Shown here: positions 10,667 through 19,442 of the stretch, in pieces
Layout: every line of letters begins with the position of its first letter
Position numbering within the stretch: position 1 is the stretch's first letter
Origin: an uncultured Erysipelotrichaceae bacterium
Lineage (GTDB): Bacteria > Bacillota_I > Bacilli_A > Erysipelotrichales > Erysipelotrichaceae
Reading direction: 5' to 3'
Length of the DNA: 64,000 bases
Assembly: GCA_944325255.1 (NCBI GenBank)
Contig: CALUZH010000029.1
Coordinates: 11,448 to 75,447, forward strand
Made by a program: the position numbers and the translations under genes
The notes under the pieces: generated by a model
The model's database searches: none
Told to the model about the DNA's origin: nothing
What the model saw: only the letters and a program-made list of their open reading frames with translations

Positions 10667-12346
10667 ATGTCAGAATATATCGGAAAACGTTACATGATTA
10701 TTAAAAATATCGGCAAGGGCGGTATGGCCGATGTTTATTTGGCCATGGATACGATACTTAAAAGAGAAGTGGCAATCAAGGTCTTAAAGGGTGAATTATC
10801 TTCAGATGCCGTAGCTCTTGAACGTTTCAGAAGGGAGGCTCGGGCCGCTACCTGTTTAAGTCATCCTAATATTGTCGATGTTTATGATGTCGGCCAAGAC
10901 GGTAACCGGCATTATATTGTTATGGAATATATTAAGGGTTATACTCTTAAGCAACTTATTCAAAAACGGGGAGCCTTGCCTTATAAAGAAGCAGTTTGGT
11001 TAATGAAGCAACTCACATCAGCCTTAATGGAAGCCCACCGCAATGGCATAATTCACCGTGATATTAAATCACAAAATGTCTTAATCAAGGCTGACGGAAC
11101 CATTAAGATTGCCGATTTTGGCATCGCCTTGGCTCATGATGCCATGCAGATAACCTCCAAGGATGCTATTTTGGGTTCGGTTCATTACTTGGCTCCGGAA
11201 CTTACCAAGGGCGGACAGGCCAATATGCAAAGTGATATTTATTCTTTAGGGATTGTCTTTTTTGAGATGCTGACCGGTGATCTTCCTTTTAAGGGCGATC
11301 AGGCCATTCAAATTGCCTTGAAACATGTAAAAGACGATATTCCTTCGGTTCGTGATTATAATCCTAAAATCCCGCAAGCCGTAGAAAATATTGTTTTAAA
11401 AGCGACAGCTAAAGATTTAACGGAACGTTATGCCAATGCCGCTTTAATGCTTCAGGATTTAAATAATTGTCTTTCCAGTGAACATGCCAATGATAAAAAA
11501 ATTAATTTGCGCCATGTTGATGATTCGGAATTTTTATCTAAGGCCAAGGTTGCCATCAGTGGCGAAGCTAAAAAGGAGCATAATGATGCACCTAAGAAAA
11601 TCTCCAGGGCTATTTCGGTTACCTATGTCGCTATCGGGGCTATTGCCTGTATCTTGCTTATAACGGTGATTTTATTTTTATCCGGTCTTATCGGTGGCAA
11701 TTCCAAAAAAGTTATGGTTCCTGATATATCGAATATGTCGGTGATAGAAGCCAATGACTATCTTTCGGATTATGGCATCGCCATTGATTTAAATGATATT
11801 GAAAGAGTGATGACCGATAATGTGGAAGAGGGCAAGATCATTGATTATTCGCCTAAGGATACGGAAGTTGAAAGAGGCTCTAAGATTCATGTTACGGTAT
11901 CCAGCGGAATGTATGCCACAATGAAAAATTATGTCGGCTTAAACGTTGATGCGGCTTATGATGAATTGCAGGATTTAAATTTTGCCATTACCGTCAAAAG
12001 TGTTGAAAGTGACTTGCCCTCCGGTACGGTAGTAAATCAAGAAGGCATTGCCGCTGGGGAAAAGTATGATCCTTATATCGTAAACAGTATTACCTTGACT
12101 TATAGCGCTTATCCATCGATTATTTTGGAATATGGTATTAAAGGACAAGACGTCAATGCGGTTAAGGCAAATCTTGAGGCTCAAGGTATGAAAGTTGAAT
12201 TGATTGAAGTTGACCAAAATTCCTTAAGTGCTTCGGAATTAGAAAAGTATGCCCCTAATACGGTTGTCCGTATTGATCCGGTAGAGGGTTCTTCTTATAC
12301 CCAGGAAGCTGACCGTTCGATTAAACTTTATTACTATATCCAATGA
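10667..12346 (+). CDS. prkC: Hanks-type Ser/Thr kinase with TM segment and extracellular PASTA repeats
   Basis: GKGGMADVY, AIKVL, HRDIKSQN, DFGIA, APE. TM helix AIGAIACILLITVILFL. About three PASTA-like repeats follow. Confidence 0.9.
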   Translation: MSEYIGKRYMIIKNIGKGGMADVYLAMDTILKREVAIKVLKGELSSDAVALERFRREARAATCLSHPNIVDVYDVGQDGNRHYIVMEYIKGYTLKQLIQKRGALPYKEAVWLMKQLTSALMEAHRNGIIHRDIKSQNVLIKADGTIKIADFGIALAHDAMQITSKDAILGSVHYLAPELTKGGQANMQSDIYSLGIVFFEMLTGDLPFKGDQAIQIALKHVKDDIPSVRDYNPKIPQAVENIVLKATAKDLTERYANAALMLQDLNNCLSSEHANDKKINLRHVDDSEFLSKAKVAISGEAKKEHNDAPKKISRAISVTYVAIGAIACILLITVILFLSGLIGGNSKKVMVPDISNMSVIEANDYLSDYGIAIDLNDIERVMTDNVEEGKIIDYSPKDTEVERGSKIHVTVSSGMYATMKNYVGLNVDAAYDELQDLNFAITVKSVESDLPSGTVVNQEGIAAGEKYDPYIVNSITLTYSAYPSIILEYGIKGQDVNAVKANLEAQGMKVELIEVDQNSLSASELEKYAPNTVVRIDPVEGSSYTQEADRSIKLYYYIQ

Positions 12347-13221
12347 AAGCTCATATTATTAAAATCATTTCTAATCAATATACTATTTCTTTGGTTGACG
12401 GGATGATTGCCGAAGCTTTTTGTACCGGCAAGATGCGTTTAAAAGATCAGCTTTTTGTCGGTGATTATGTCGAAGTAGGGGAATTTGAAGGACGCTATGG
12501 AATTATCGATATATACCCGCGTAAAAATGTCTTAAAGCGGCCTTTTTTAGCCAATGTCGATCAAGCTTTTATCTTGATGAGCTATGATGATCCCAAATTT
12601 TCTTATGAATTGGTTAATCGTTTGATTATCATGATAGAAGTGGCTAAGGTAAAGCCTTTGGTGGTCTGCACCAAGGCTGATTTAGCCACAAGTGAAGATT
12701 TAAAAGCGATTGGCGAATATTATGAAAGTATGAACTATCCCTTCTTTTTTACGACAAATAAGAGCTTTAATAAGGAACTATATGCCAGATTAAAGGGTAA
12801 AATATCGGTTTTTTGCGGTCAAAGCGGTGTTGGCAAATCAAGTCTTTTAAATGTTATTGACCCTAAGCTCAATCTTCGGACCAATATTACTTCTAAAGCT
12901 TTGGGCAGGGGCAAGCATACGACCAGACACGTAGAACTCTTTAATTTGGGTGAAGGTTTGGTAGCTGATACCCCGGGTTTTTCTTCTTTAGATTTAAGCG
13001 GCATCAAGGAAGAAGACTTGGAAGCCTCTATTTCCGCCTTTGATCCTTATCGGACTTGTTTTTACCGGGATTGTAAACATCTTAATGAACCGGATTGCGG
13101 TATTAAAAAGGCCGTTGCGGAAAATCATATCAAAGCTTCATTTTATGCTACATATAAGGAGATGCTTAAGATGATTCAAAGCGGCAATATACATGCTTAT
13201 GCCCATCGACGCTTAAAGTAG
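12343..13221 (+). CDS. rsgA: Ribosome small-subunit biogenesis GTPase RsgA (CpgA)
   Basis: Circularly permuted GTPase: TKADL then GQSGVGKSSLLN, DTPGF. Zn knuckle CFYRDCKHLNEPDC. ATGA overlap with prkC. Confidence 0.9.
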   Translation: MKAHIIKIISNQYTISLVDGMIAEAFCTGKMRLKDQLFVGDYVEVGEFEGRYGIIDIYPRKNVLKRPFLANVDQAFILMSYDDPKFSYELVNRLIIMIEVAKVKPLVVCTKADLATSEDLKAIGEYYESMNYPFFFTTNKSFNKELYARLKGKISVFCGQSGVGKSSLLNVIDPKLNLRTNITSKALGRGKHTTRHVELFNLGEGLVADTPGFSSLDLSGIKEEDLEASISAFDPYRTCFYRDCKHLNEPDCGIKKAVAENHIKASFYATYKEMLKMIQSGNIHAYAHRRLK

Positions 13222-13235
13222 GAGGAATGAAATTT

Positions 13236-13874
13236 ATGATTTTAGCACCATCGGTTTTATCTTTGGATTATACACGTTTTAATGAACAAGTTGCTATTTT
13301 AAACAAAGCTGTATCGGCCTTGCATTTTGATGTTATGGATGGTCATTTTGTGCCGAATTTAAGCTTTGGACCGGATATTTTAAAGGCTTTTAAGAAGGCC
13401 AGCAACTTATTTATGGATGTCCATTTAATGGTTGATGATCCAGGCTTTTTCACCCCGGTCTTTGCCAAAGCCGGAGCGGATGGCATTACTTTTCATTATG
13501 AAGCCGTTAAAGATCTAAAAGCCATAAGTTCTTTGATACAAGAAATTAAACAATTAGGTCTAAAAGCCGGTATAGCTTTAAAACCGGCTACGGATGTGGC
13601 CGTTTTAAAACCTTTTTTAAAGGATCTTGATTTAGTCTTATTGATGTCGGTAGAACCGGGTTTTGGCGGCCAAAGCTTTATGCCGAGTACCTTCGCTAAA
13701 TTGGAAACGTTGACCAAAATAAAGAATGAGCATTCCTTTCTTATTGAAGTCGATGGCGGCGTCAATAAGGAGAATGCTGCAAAATTAATTGCCGGGGGCG
13801 TGGATATCTTAGTGGCCGGAAGCTATGTCTTTAAAGGGGATATCTTGGCCAATATCAAGAGCTTAGAAAAATAA
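13236..13874 (+). CDS. rpe: Ribulose-phosphate 3-epimerase
   Basis: APSVLSLDY, HFDVMDGHFVPN, MSVEPGFGGQ, VDGG. ATG at 13236 sits 10 nt after AGGAGG. The track start 13227 is only 1 nt from the SD. Confidence 0.9.
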   Translation: MILAPSVLSLDYTRFNEQVAILNKAVSALHFDVMDGHFVPNLSFGPDILKAFKKASNLFMDVHLMVDDPGFFTPVFAKAGADGITFHYEAVKDLKAISSLIQEIKQLGLKAGIALKPATDVAVLKPFLKDLDLVLLMSVEPGFGGQSFMPSTFAKLETLTKIKNEHSFLIEVDGGVNKENAAKLIAGGVDILVAGSYVFKGDILANIKSLEK

Positions 13875-13898
13875 AAAGGCTTATCATAAAGCCTTTTT
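13875..13898. terminator. Bidirectional intrinsic terminator between convergent rpe and rpmB
   Basis: 8-bp stem AAAGGCTT / AAGCCTTT, loop ATCAT. A-run on one side and T-run on the other. Confidence 0.7.
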
Positions 13899-13901
13899 AT
13901 A

Positions 13902-14096
13902 TTAAGCTAATTTACTCTTAGCTTTTAATGTTTTTAAAGCACGGGCTGAAACGCGAACCTTCTTTGGCTTTCCGTCAACCATAAGAGTAACGTTTTGTAG
14001 GTTTACATTCCATTTACGACGTGTAGCACGAAGTGAATGTGAACGGTTATTACCTGATAGCGGTCCTTTACCTGTAATCTCGCATACTTTAGACAT
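13902..14096 (-). CDS. rpmB: 50S ribosomal protein L28
   Basis: [34 protein letters not shown] is canonical L28. AAAGGGGG SD. Confidence 0.95.
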   Translation of the reverse strand: MSKVCEITGKGPLSGNNRSHSLRATRRKWNVNLQNVTLMVDGKPKKVRVSARALKTLKAKSKLA

Positions 14097-14230
14097 ACGT
14101 CATGCCCCCTTTCTTATTTTCGATAGCTTTATAAATTTACCATAGCTTTGGATAAAATGCAAGGCCATAGGATAAAATATTATATGGTTAAATGTTCCTT
14201 CTTATGTTAATATTATAAAGGTTACAAGTT

Positions 14231-15475
14231 ATGAAACAGATATACGCAGCATTAGAAATAAATGAAGATGAAGTGCGGGTTTTGATCGGCGAATATTTCA
14301 ATACCCGTTTTAATATTATCAAGTTAGAGACGGTTAAATGTGACGGTGTTAAAAATTTTCGTATCATTAATAAAGAAGCTGTAGTTTCCGCTGTTAAAAA
14401 GCTTATTAAGGATGCTTCTTTAATGCTGGGGGCGACCATCGAGCGGGTTATTTTATTAATTCCGGCCTATAATTTTAAACGTTATCCTTTAAAGGTAGCC
14501 GTCAAAACCCAAAATGGTATGGTTTCCAAAAGCGATGTCGCCCGGGCCATTACTAAGGCTATGCATACCAAAGTTGATAATGATGTCACCATTATCAATG
14601 CAGTTTGTGTTAAATATACCGTTAACGGCATTTCTTCAAGGCGCTTGCCGAGTCGTGAAAGCAGTGATGAACTAATTGTCGATATTGACTTACTTTGTGC
14701 CGATAAGATGATGACCTTTGCCTATGTCGGGATGATGGAAGAGTGCGGTATCGAAGTTATGGATATTTGTCTTGATTTATATGCCATCGCCAAAGAAGCG
14801 GCATTATTTGAACAAACCCTCAATCAGAATATTGTCTTACTTAAGGCTGACAACAATACCAGTGAATTGGCCCTTTTATCTAAAGGCAAATTAGTCAATG
14901 CCGAAACGATGATTAATGGTTTAAATCCGATCTTGGATGCCGTCTATGCTAAATATCATATTCCCTATGCGACTTTAAAGCGTTTAGTAAAATATAATAC
15001 GGTCTATGGTCGGCCGACTCATGAAGATGCCATCTATGCCTGGAGTGATGAAGAGGGCAATAAATCTCTTGATGAAGCGACCTTAAGCCAATTGGTTATG
15101 CCGGCTCTTAAACATTATGTGGATATCTTGGCATCGACGCTTAAGGATATCTTACAAAAACATAATACGACCATTGTCGTGAGCGGAGAGATGGCCGGTA
15201 TGGAGGCTTTTATTAAGTTACTGCAAGAAGTATGCCAAGTTCCTTGTAAGGCTTATTTTCCTGATACTATCGGCGTAAGAGATGCCTCGCTTACAGCTTT
15301 ATACGGTTGTTTTTTTAGCTATCGGGATATGGCGATGATTAAAGATTTGCAAAACAGTAGTATTAATCTTTTGGAATTTGAAAATATCGTTGATCGCAAA
15401 ACTAATGATGCGGAGGGTGAGTCCCTGACCGGTAAAATAAAAAATCTGTTTGAATTAAATAAGAAGGGAAGATAG
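14231..15475 (+). CDS. ftsA: Cell division protein FtsA homologue (divergent nucleotide-binding motifs)
   Basis: Immediately upstream of ftsZ. Actin-fold-like layout, conserved IGVRD block, C-terminal amphipathic tail [14 protein letters not shown]. See findings for the degenerate motifs. Confidence 0.75.
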   Translation: MKQIYAALEINEDEVRVLIGEYFNTRFNIIKLETVKCDGVKNFRIINKEAVVSAVKKLIKDASLMLGATIERVILLIPAYNFKRYPLKVAVKTQNGMVSKSDVARAITKAMHTKVDNDVTIINAVCVKYTVNGISSRRLPSRESSDELIVDIDLLCADKMMTFAYVGMMEECGIEVMDICLDLYAIAKEAALFEQTLNQNIVLLKADNNTSELALLSKGKLVNAETMINGLNPILDAVYAKYHIPYATLKRLVKYNTVYGRPTHEDAIYAWSDEEGNKSLDEATLSQLVMPALKHYVDILASTLKDILQKHNTTIVVSGEMAGMEAFIKLLQEVCQVPCKAYFPDTIGVRDASLTALYGCFFSYRDMAMIKDLQNSSINLLEFENIVDRKTNDAEGESLTGKIKNLFELNKKGR

Positions 15476-15477
15476 TT

Positions 15478-16557
15478 ATGACAAATAAATTAGAGTATAA
15501 CCAAGTTGCAAGAATTAAGGTATTCGGTATCGGTGGTGCCGGTTGCAATGCCGTCAATCGGATGGTTAATGACGGTGTTAAGGGCGTGGAATTTTATGTA
15601 TGCAATACCGATATCCAATCACTTAATATGTCCAATTGTAAAAATAAATTAATCTTGGGCAAAGAGATGACAAAAGGCTTAGGAGCCGGCGGCAATCCGG
15701 AGATCGGTAAAAAAGCGGCAACCGAGTCGGAAGAAGAAATCCGCAAGGCTATTGCCGGTTCGGATATGGTCTTTATTACGGCCGGTATGGGTGGCGGCAC
15801 CGGTACCGGTGCAGCACCGATATTTGCCAAGATTGCCAAAGAAAACGGGGCTCTTACGGTCGGCATAGTTACCAAACCCTTTGATTTTGAAGGCCGTAAA
15901 AGAATTGAACAAGCCAATGTCGGTTTAGATCAGCTAAAAGAATATGTCGATTCCCTGATTATCGTTTCCAATAATCAATTACTTTCGGTTATCGGCAAGA
16001 TTCCGATGCAAGATTCCTTTAAGGAAGCTGATAATGTCTTGCGCCAAGGAGTGCAAACCATTACGGACCTGATCGCTGTTCCGGCCTTTATTAACTTGGA
16101 TTTCGCCGACATTAGAGCCGTCATGGAAGGCAAGGGCACAGCCCTTATCGGCATCGGTATGGCCCAGGGCGAAAATAAGGCTAAAGAAGCTGCAGCCAAG
16201 GCCATTCAATCGCCATTGCTCGAAGCCCAAATATCCGGTGCCAAATCCGCTATTATTAATGTCACCGGCGGTCCGAATATTTCCATTTATGATTCTTCCG
16301 TAGCTGTCGACTATATTCGTGAAGCTGCCGGCAATGATATTGATATCATTTATGGTGTCGCCATTAATGATGCAATTGGCGAAAATATCATTGTAACGGT
16401 TATTGCTACTGGTTTTGATTTGCCGCGCAGCAAACATAGTTCAGCCATTTTAAGCAATACTGACACCATCTATAAAAAGGATGATGACTTTGAAGAAAGC
16501 GTAATGGCTAATGAACAGGAAGACAATGATATTCCATCATTCTTTAAAACCCGTTAA
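15478..16557 (+). CDS. ftsZ: Cell division GTPase FtsZ
   Basis: [13 protein letters not shown], tubulin signature [18 protein letters not shown]-terminal peptide DIPSFFKTR. Confidence 0.97.
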   Translation: MTNKLEYNQVARIKVFGIGGAGCNAVNRMVNDGVKGVEFYVCNTDIQSLNMSNCKNKLILGKEMTKGLGAGGNPEIGKKAATESEEEIRKAIAGSDMVFITAGMGGGTGTGAAPIFAKIAKENGALTVGIVTKPFDFEGRKRIEQANVGLDQLKEYVDSLIIVSNNQLLSVIGKIPMQDSFKEADNVLRQGVQTITDLIAVPAFINLDFADIRAVMEGKGTALIGIGMAQGENKAKEAAAKAIQSPLLEAQISGAKSAIINVTGGPNISIYDSSVAVDYIREAAGNDIDIIYGVAINDAIGENIIVTVIATGFDLPRSKHSSAILSNTDTIYKKDDDFEESVMANEQEDNDIPSFFKTR

Positions 16558-16580
16558 GAAGCACCGCGTGCTTCTTTTAT
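16556..16580 (+). terminator. Intrinsic terminator after ftsZ
   Basis: 9-bp stem AAGAAGCAC / GTGCTTCTT, loop CGC, then a short T-run. Overlaps the stop codon. Confidence 0.7.
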
Positions 16581-16592
16581 AAAAGAGGAAAT

Positions 16593-17312
16593 ATGAATTT
16601 TTATAATACCGTTGATTTACATACCCATAGTGTATTATCTAAACATGCTTATTCTTCGGTGACGGAGAATATTGATGAAGCCATTAAAAAAGGTTTAATG
16701 GTTTTGGGCATTTCGGAACACCAATATGATGAAGTGGGAGTCGGTGCCCATTATTTTGGCATCTCCAACATTTCGGTTATTCCCCGCGCTGTCAATAATT
16801 TAAAGATCTTAAGGGGGGTCGAGCTCAATATTTTACCCGATGGGCTTATTGATACCGAGCGCTTGCCCTTAAATAAACTTGATTATGCCATCGCTTCAAT
16901 GCATCGTTATGTTTATCCGGCCAACAATAATGTTGCCTTAAATACCCAAGCTTATATCAAAGTTATGGACTATCCCTTTGTACGGATTATTGGTCATATG
17001 GACCGTGATGGTTATCCTTGCGACTATAACAGAGTTGTTGCCTGTGCCAAAGAAAAGGGCAAGATCATCGAATTAAACAATTCTTCTTTAATTCATGATA
17101 ATGACCGTATTAAAATGCGTGACTTTCTGATATTGAAACTGTGCCGCGAATATAATGTTCCGGTTATTATTAATTCCGATGCCCATATTCGTTATGATGT
17201 CGGTAATTATCGCCAAGCTTTTGAGATTGTGGAAGCTGCCGAGTTTCCTTTAGATCTTCTACTTAATTATAATCATCGGGCCCTACGTGAATACTTTCCG
17301 ATTTTAGGCTAA
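16593..17312 (+). CDS. PHP-domain metal-dependent phosphoesterase (YcdX-like)
   Basis: N-terminal DLHTHS, EHQ, later GHMD and SDAH histidine motifs typical of the PHP fold. AGAGGA SD. Confidence 0.7.
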   Translation: MNFYNTVDLHTHSVLSKHAYSSVTENIDEAIKKGLMVLGISEHQYDEVGVGAHYFGISNISVIPRAVNNLKILRGVELNILPDGLIDTERLPLNKLDYAIASMHRYVYPANNNVALNTQAYIKVMDYPFVRIIGHMDRDGYPCDYNRVVACAKEKGKIIELNNSSLIHDNDRIKMRDFLILKLCREYNVPVIINSDAHIRYDVGNYRQAFEIVEAAEFPLDLLLNYNHRALREYFPILG

Positions 17313-17334
17313 CTTTACTTTTGGCCGGGGGCTT

Positions 17335-17343
17335 TGTTATAAT
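17335..17343 (+). promoter_or_regulatory. Extended -10 element TGTTATAAT upstream of the CNNM/CorC-type gene
   Basis: TGTTATAAT lies about 100 nt upstream of the ATG at 17442. Possible -35 TTTACT 18 nt upstream. Confidence 0.4.
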
Positions 17344-17441
17344 GATTTCGTATTTTTTTGAAAGGATGTGTATTTTACTAATGGGAGATAATCCTATACC
17401 CAGTCGACATTTTATTTTAAGCAAAGAGGCGGAGGCACGTT

Positions 17442-18710
17442 ATGGACAATAATACAATTATTGTCATATTGGTAGTGCTGGTCATGCTTTCAGCCTTTTT
17501 CTCAGCTACCGAAACGGCCTTTTCGAGCGTTAATAAGATTCGCTTGAAGTACTTAGCCAACAATGGCAATAAAAGGGCGGAAAAGACCCTTAAATTAGCT
17601 GATGAATTTACTAAATTATTATCGACAATCTTAATCGGCAATAACTTGGTAAATATTATGGCTTCTTCATTGGCTACTGTACTTTTTATGAATCTTTTAG
17701 GCGATAACGGGGTGACGATATCAACCTTTGTCATGACGATAATTATCCTTATTTTTGGGGAAATTACGCCAAAATCTATTGCCAAAGAAAGACCGGAAAG
17801 CTTTGCTTTGACGGTAGCACCGGTAATCGACATGCTGGTAAAGATAATGCGACCAATAAGCTTCATCTTCGATAAAATCAAAGACTTGGCTTCCTTGCCT
17901 TTTAAAAAACATGATGAGGCGGAAAATGATTTTCTTTCCGAAGAATTCATTACCATGGTTGAAGATGCCCAAGAAGAGGGCAATATGGATGCCCATGAAG
18001 CTGACTTATTGACCAATGCCATTGAATTTAATGATTTGGATGTGCGGGATATTTTAACTCCTCGGGTTGATGTGGTAGCTGTGGATATTGAAGATTATGA
18101 CTTAGAAGAGATTAAAAATCTTTATCGTGATCATGGTTATTCCCGTTTACCGGTATATGAGGGAACTATCGATAATGTCATCGGTGTTCTTCATGAAAAA
18201 GATTTCTATTTTCTTTATTATACCGATACTAAAACGACCTTACGGCAAATGGTTAAATCCGTCATCTTCACAAGTCCCCACGTCAAGATTTCAGCGCTTT
18301 TAAGACAATTGCAAAGCAGCAAGTCACATATGGCTATCGTCATTGATGAATATGGCGGAACTGCCGGCATCATCACCATGGAAGATATCTTGGAAGAATT
18401 AGTCGGAGAAATTTATGATGAACATGACGAAGTGGTAGAATACTACCATAAAGTCGATGATCATACTTTCCTCGTCAAGGGTGATACGGATATTGATGAT
18501 ATGCTTAAGCACTTCAATATTTTAATGAAGGAAGAATATAACTTTAATACGGTATCGGGATGGGTGATCCATAACATGGATAAGATTCCGGCGGTCGGCG
18601 AAGGCTTTGATTTCCAAGATTTTCATGTGACGGTTACAGATGCCGATGCCAAGAAAGTCAATGAGATAAAATTGGAATTTACCAATGACAAACATGTTGA
18701 AGAGGATTAA
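17442..18710 (+). CDS. CNNM/HlyC-CorC family membrane protein (DUF21 + CBS pair + CorC_HlyC)
   Basis: N-terminal 4-TM DUF21 (FFSATETAFSS), tandem CBS region (RDILTPRVDV...), C-terminal transporter-associated domain. GAGGCGGAGG SD. Confidence 0.85.
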   Translation: MDNNTIIVILVVLVMLSAFFSATETAFSSVNKIRLKYLANNGNKRAEKTLKLADEFTKLLSTILIGNNLVNIMASSLATVLFMNLLGDNGVTISTFVMTIIILIFGEITPKSIAKERPESFALTVAPVIDMLVKIMRPISFIFDKIKDLASLPFKKHDEAENDFLSEEFITMVEDAQEEGNMDAHEADLLTNAIEFNDLDVRDILTPRVDVVAVDIEDYDLEEIKNLYRDHGYSRLPVYEGTIDNVIGVLHEKDFYFLYYTDTKTTLRQMVKSVIFTSPHVKISALLRQLQSSKSHMAIVIDEYGGTAGIITMEDILEELVGEIYDEHDEVVEYYHKVDDHTFLVKGDTDIDDMLKHFNILMKEEYNFNTVSGWVIHNMDKIPAVGEGFDFQDFHVTVTDADAKKVNEIKLEFTNDKHVEED

Positions 18711-18725
18711 TCCTCTTTTTCTTTT
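18699..18725 (+). terminator. Intrinsic terminator overlapping the CNNM-family gene stop
   Basis: Palindrome GAAGAGGATT/AATCCTCTTT followed by TTTTTCTTTTT. Confidence 0.6.
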
Positions 18726-18730
18726 TAAAA

Positions 18731-18739
18731 TGTTATAAT
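18731..18739 (+). promoter_or_regulatory. Extended -10 TGTTATAAT, 7 nt upstream of the rsmE ATG (candidate leaderless promoter)
   Basis: TGTTATAAT-gagctct-ATG(18747). No SD in between. Confidence 0.5.
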
Positions 18740-18746
18740 GAGCTCT

Positions 18747-19442
18747 ATGCAGCAATATTTTATTGAAGGAAATCTTAAAGATAAGTTATCTTTTACTTTA
18801 GATGATGAAATATATCATCATCTTTATCATGTCTTAAGATCAAATAATGATACGCTTTTTAGAATTGTTGATAATGGCGGCAGCTTATTTTTATGTCGCT
18901 TGGATGGCAAAAGGGGAATTATTGTCAAAGAGCTTGAAGAAAAACGGGAGTTGCCGATTGAAGTGACGGTGATTTTAAGCCTTATTAAAAACGAACGCTT
19001 TGATTTCTGCCTACAAAAACTTACGGAATTAGGTATTAAAAGAATTATTCCTTATCAAGCTAAACGTTCCATCATTAAGATAAAGGATGAAGAAAGTAAA
19101 CTTCGACGTTATCGTAAAATATGCAAGGAAGCAGCCGAGCAATCCCTAAGGACCTTTATTCCGGATATTCCCGAAATTATCGATTTAAGTAAAATCTCTC
19201 AATATAAAAGTACTTTTAATTATTTAGCTTATGAAAAAAATGATAGTAATTATATCCATTATCAAAAGCTCCATGGTTCTTTAACCTATGTTATCGGGCC
19301 GGAAGGGGGCTTTGAAGAAGATGAAGCTATGACTTTTATAAAGAATGGATTTGAAGCTGTTTCTTTAGGCCGGCGGATCTTGCGGGCTGAAACGGCAGCC
19401 CTATATGTAATGGCTAATATCGGAGGAGTGTTTGAAGGATGA
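18747..19442 (+). CDS. rsmE: 16S rRNA m3U1498 methyltransferase RsmE
   Basis: MQQYFIEG N-terminus resembles B. subtilis YqeU. GPEGGF and SLGRRILRAETA motifs. The track start 18738 lies inside the -10 hexamer. Confidence 0.85.
   Translation: MQQYFIEGNLKDKLSFTLDDEIYHHLYHVLRSNNDTLFRIVDNGGSLFLCRLDGKRGIIVKELEEKRELPIEVTVILSLIKNERFDFCLQKLTELGIKRIIPYQAKRSIIKIKDEESKLRRYRKICKEAAEQSLRTFIPDIPEIIDLSKISQYKSTFNYLAYEKNDSNYIHYQKLHGSLTYVIGPEGGFEEDEAMTFIKNGFEAVSLGRRILRAETAALYVMANIGGVFEG

Noticed and set aside
14141-14180. Direct repeat CATAG..GGATAAAAT occurring twice, 20 bp apart, in the rpmB/ftsA intergenic region
   Set aside because: These could be tandem -10-like elements (TAAAAT) for ftsA or an operator. 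With only two short AT-rich copies in an AT-rich spacer I cannot distinguish signal from chance.
15594-16437. Several minus-strand ORFs (107, 77, 76 and 152 aa) antisense to ftsZ
   Set aside because: They overlap a canonical ftsZ and are Gly/Pro/Ala-rich mirror translations of the GGGTGTG region. There are no independent signals.
17344-17441. Possible riboswitch (e.g. Mg2+-sensing) in the roughly 100-nt leader of the CNNM/CorC-type gene
   Set aside because: It is too short for an M-box. I could not fold or recognise any known riboswitch core, and there is no terminator or anti-terminator pair.
17417-18022. 201-aa ORF on the minus strand, antisense to the CNNM/CorC-family gene
   Set aside because: It lies entirely inside a well-supported plus-strand gene. 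It has a low-complexity Ser/Ala/Lys-rich composition, no SD and no recognisable motifs. It is a typical shadow ORF.
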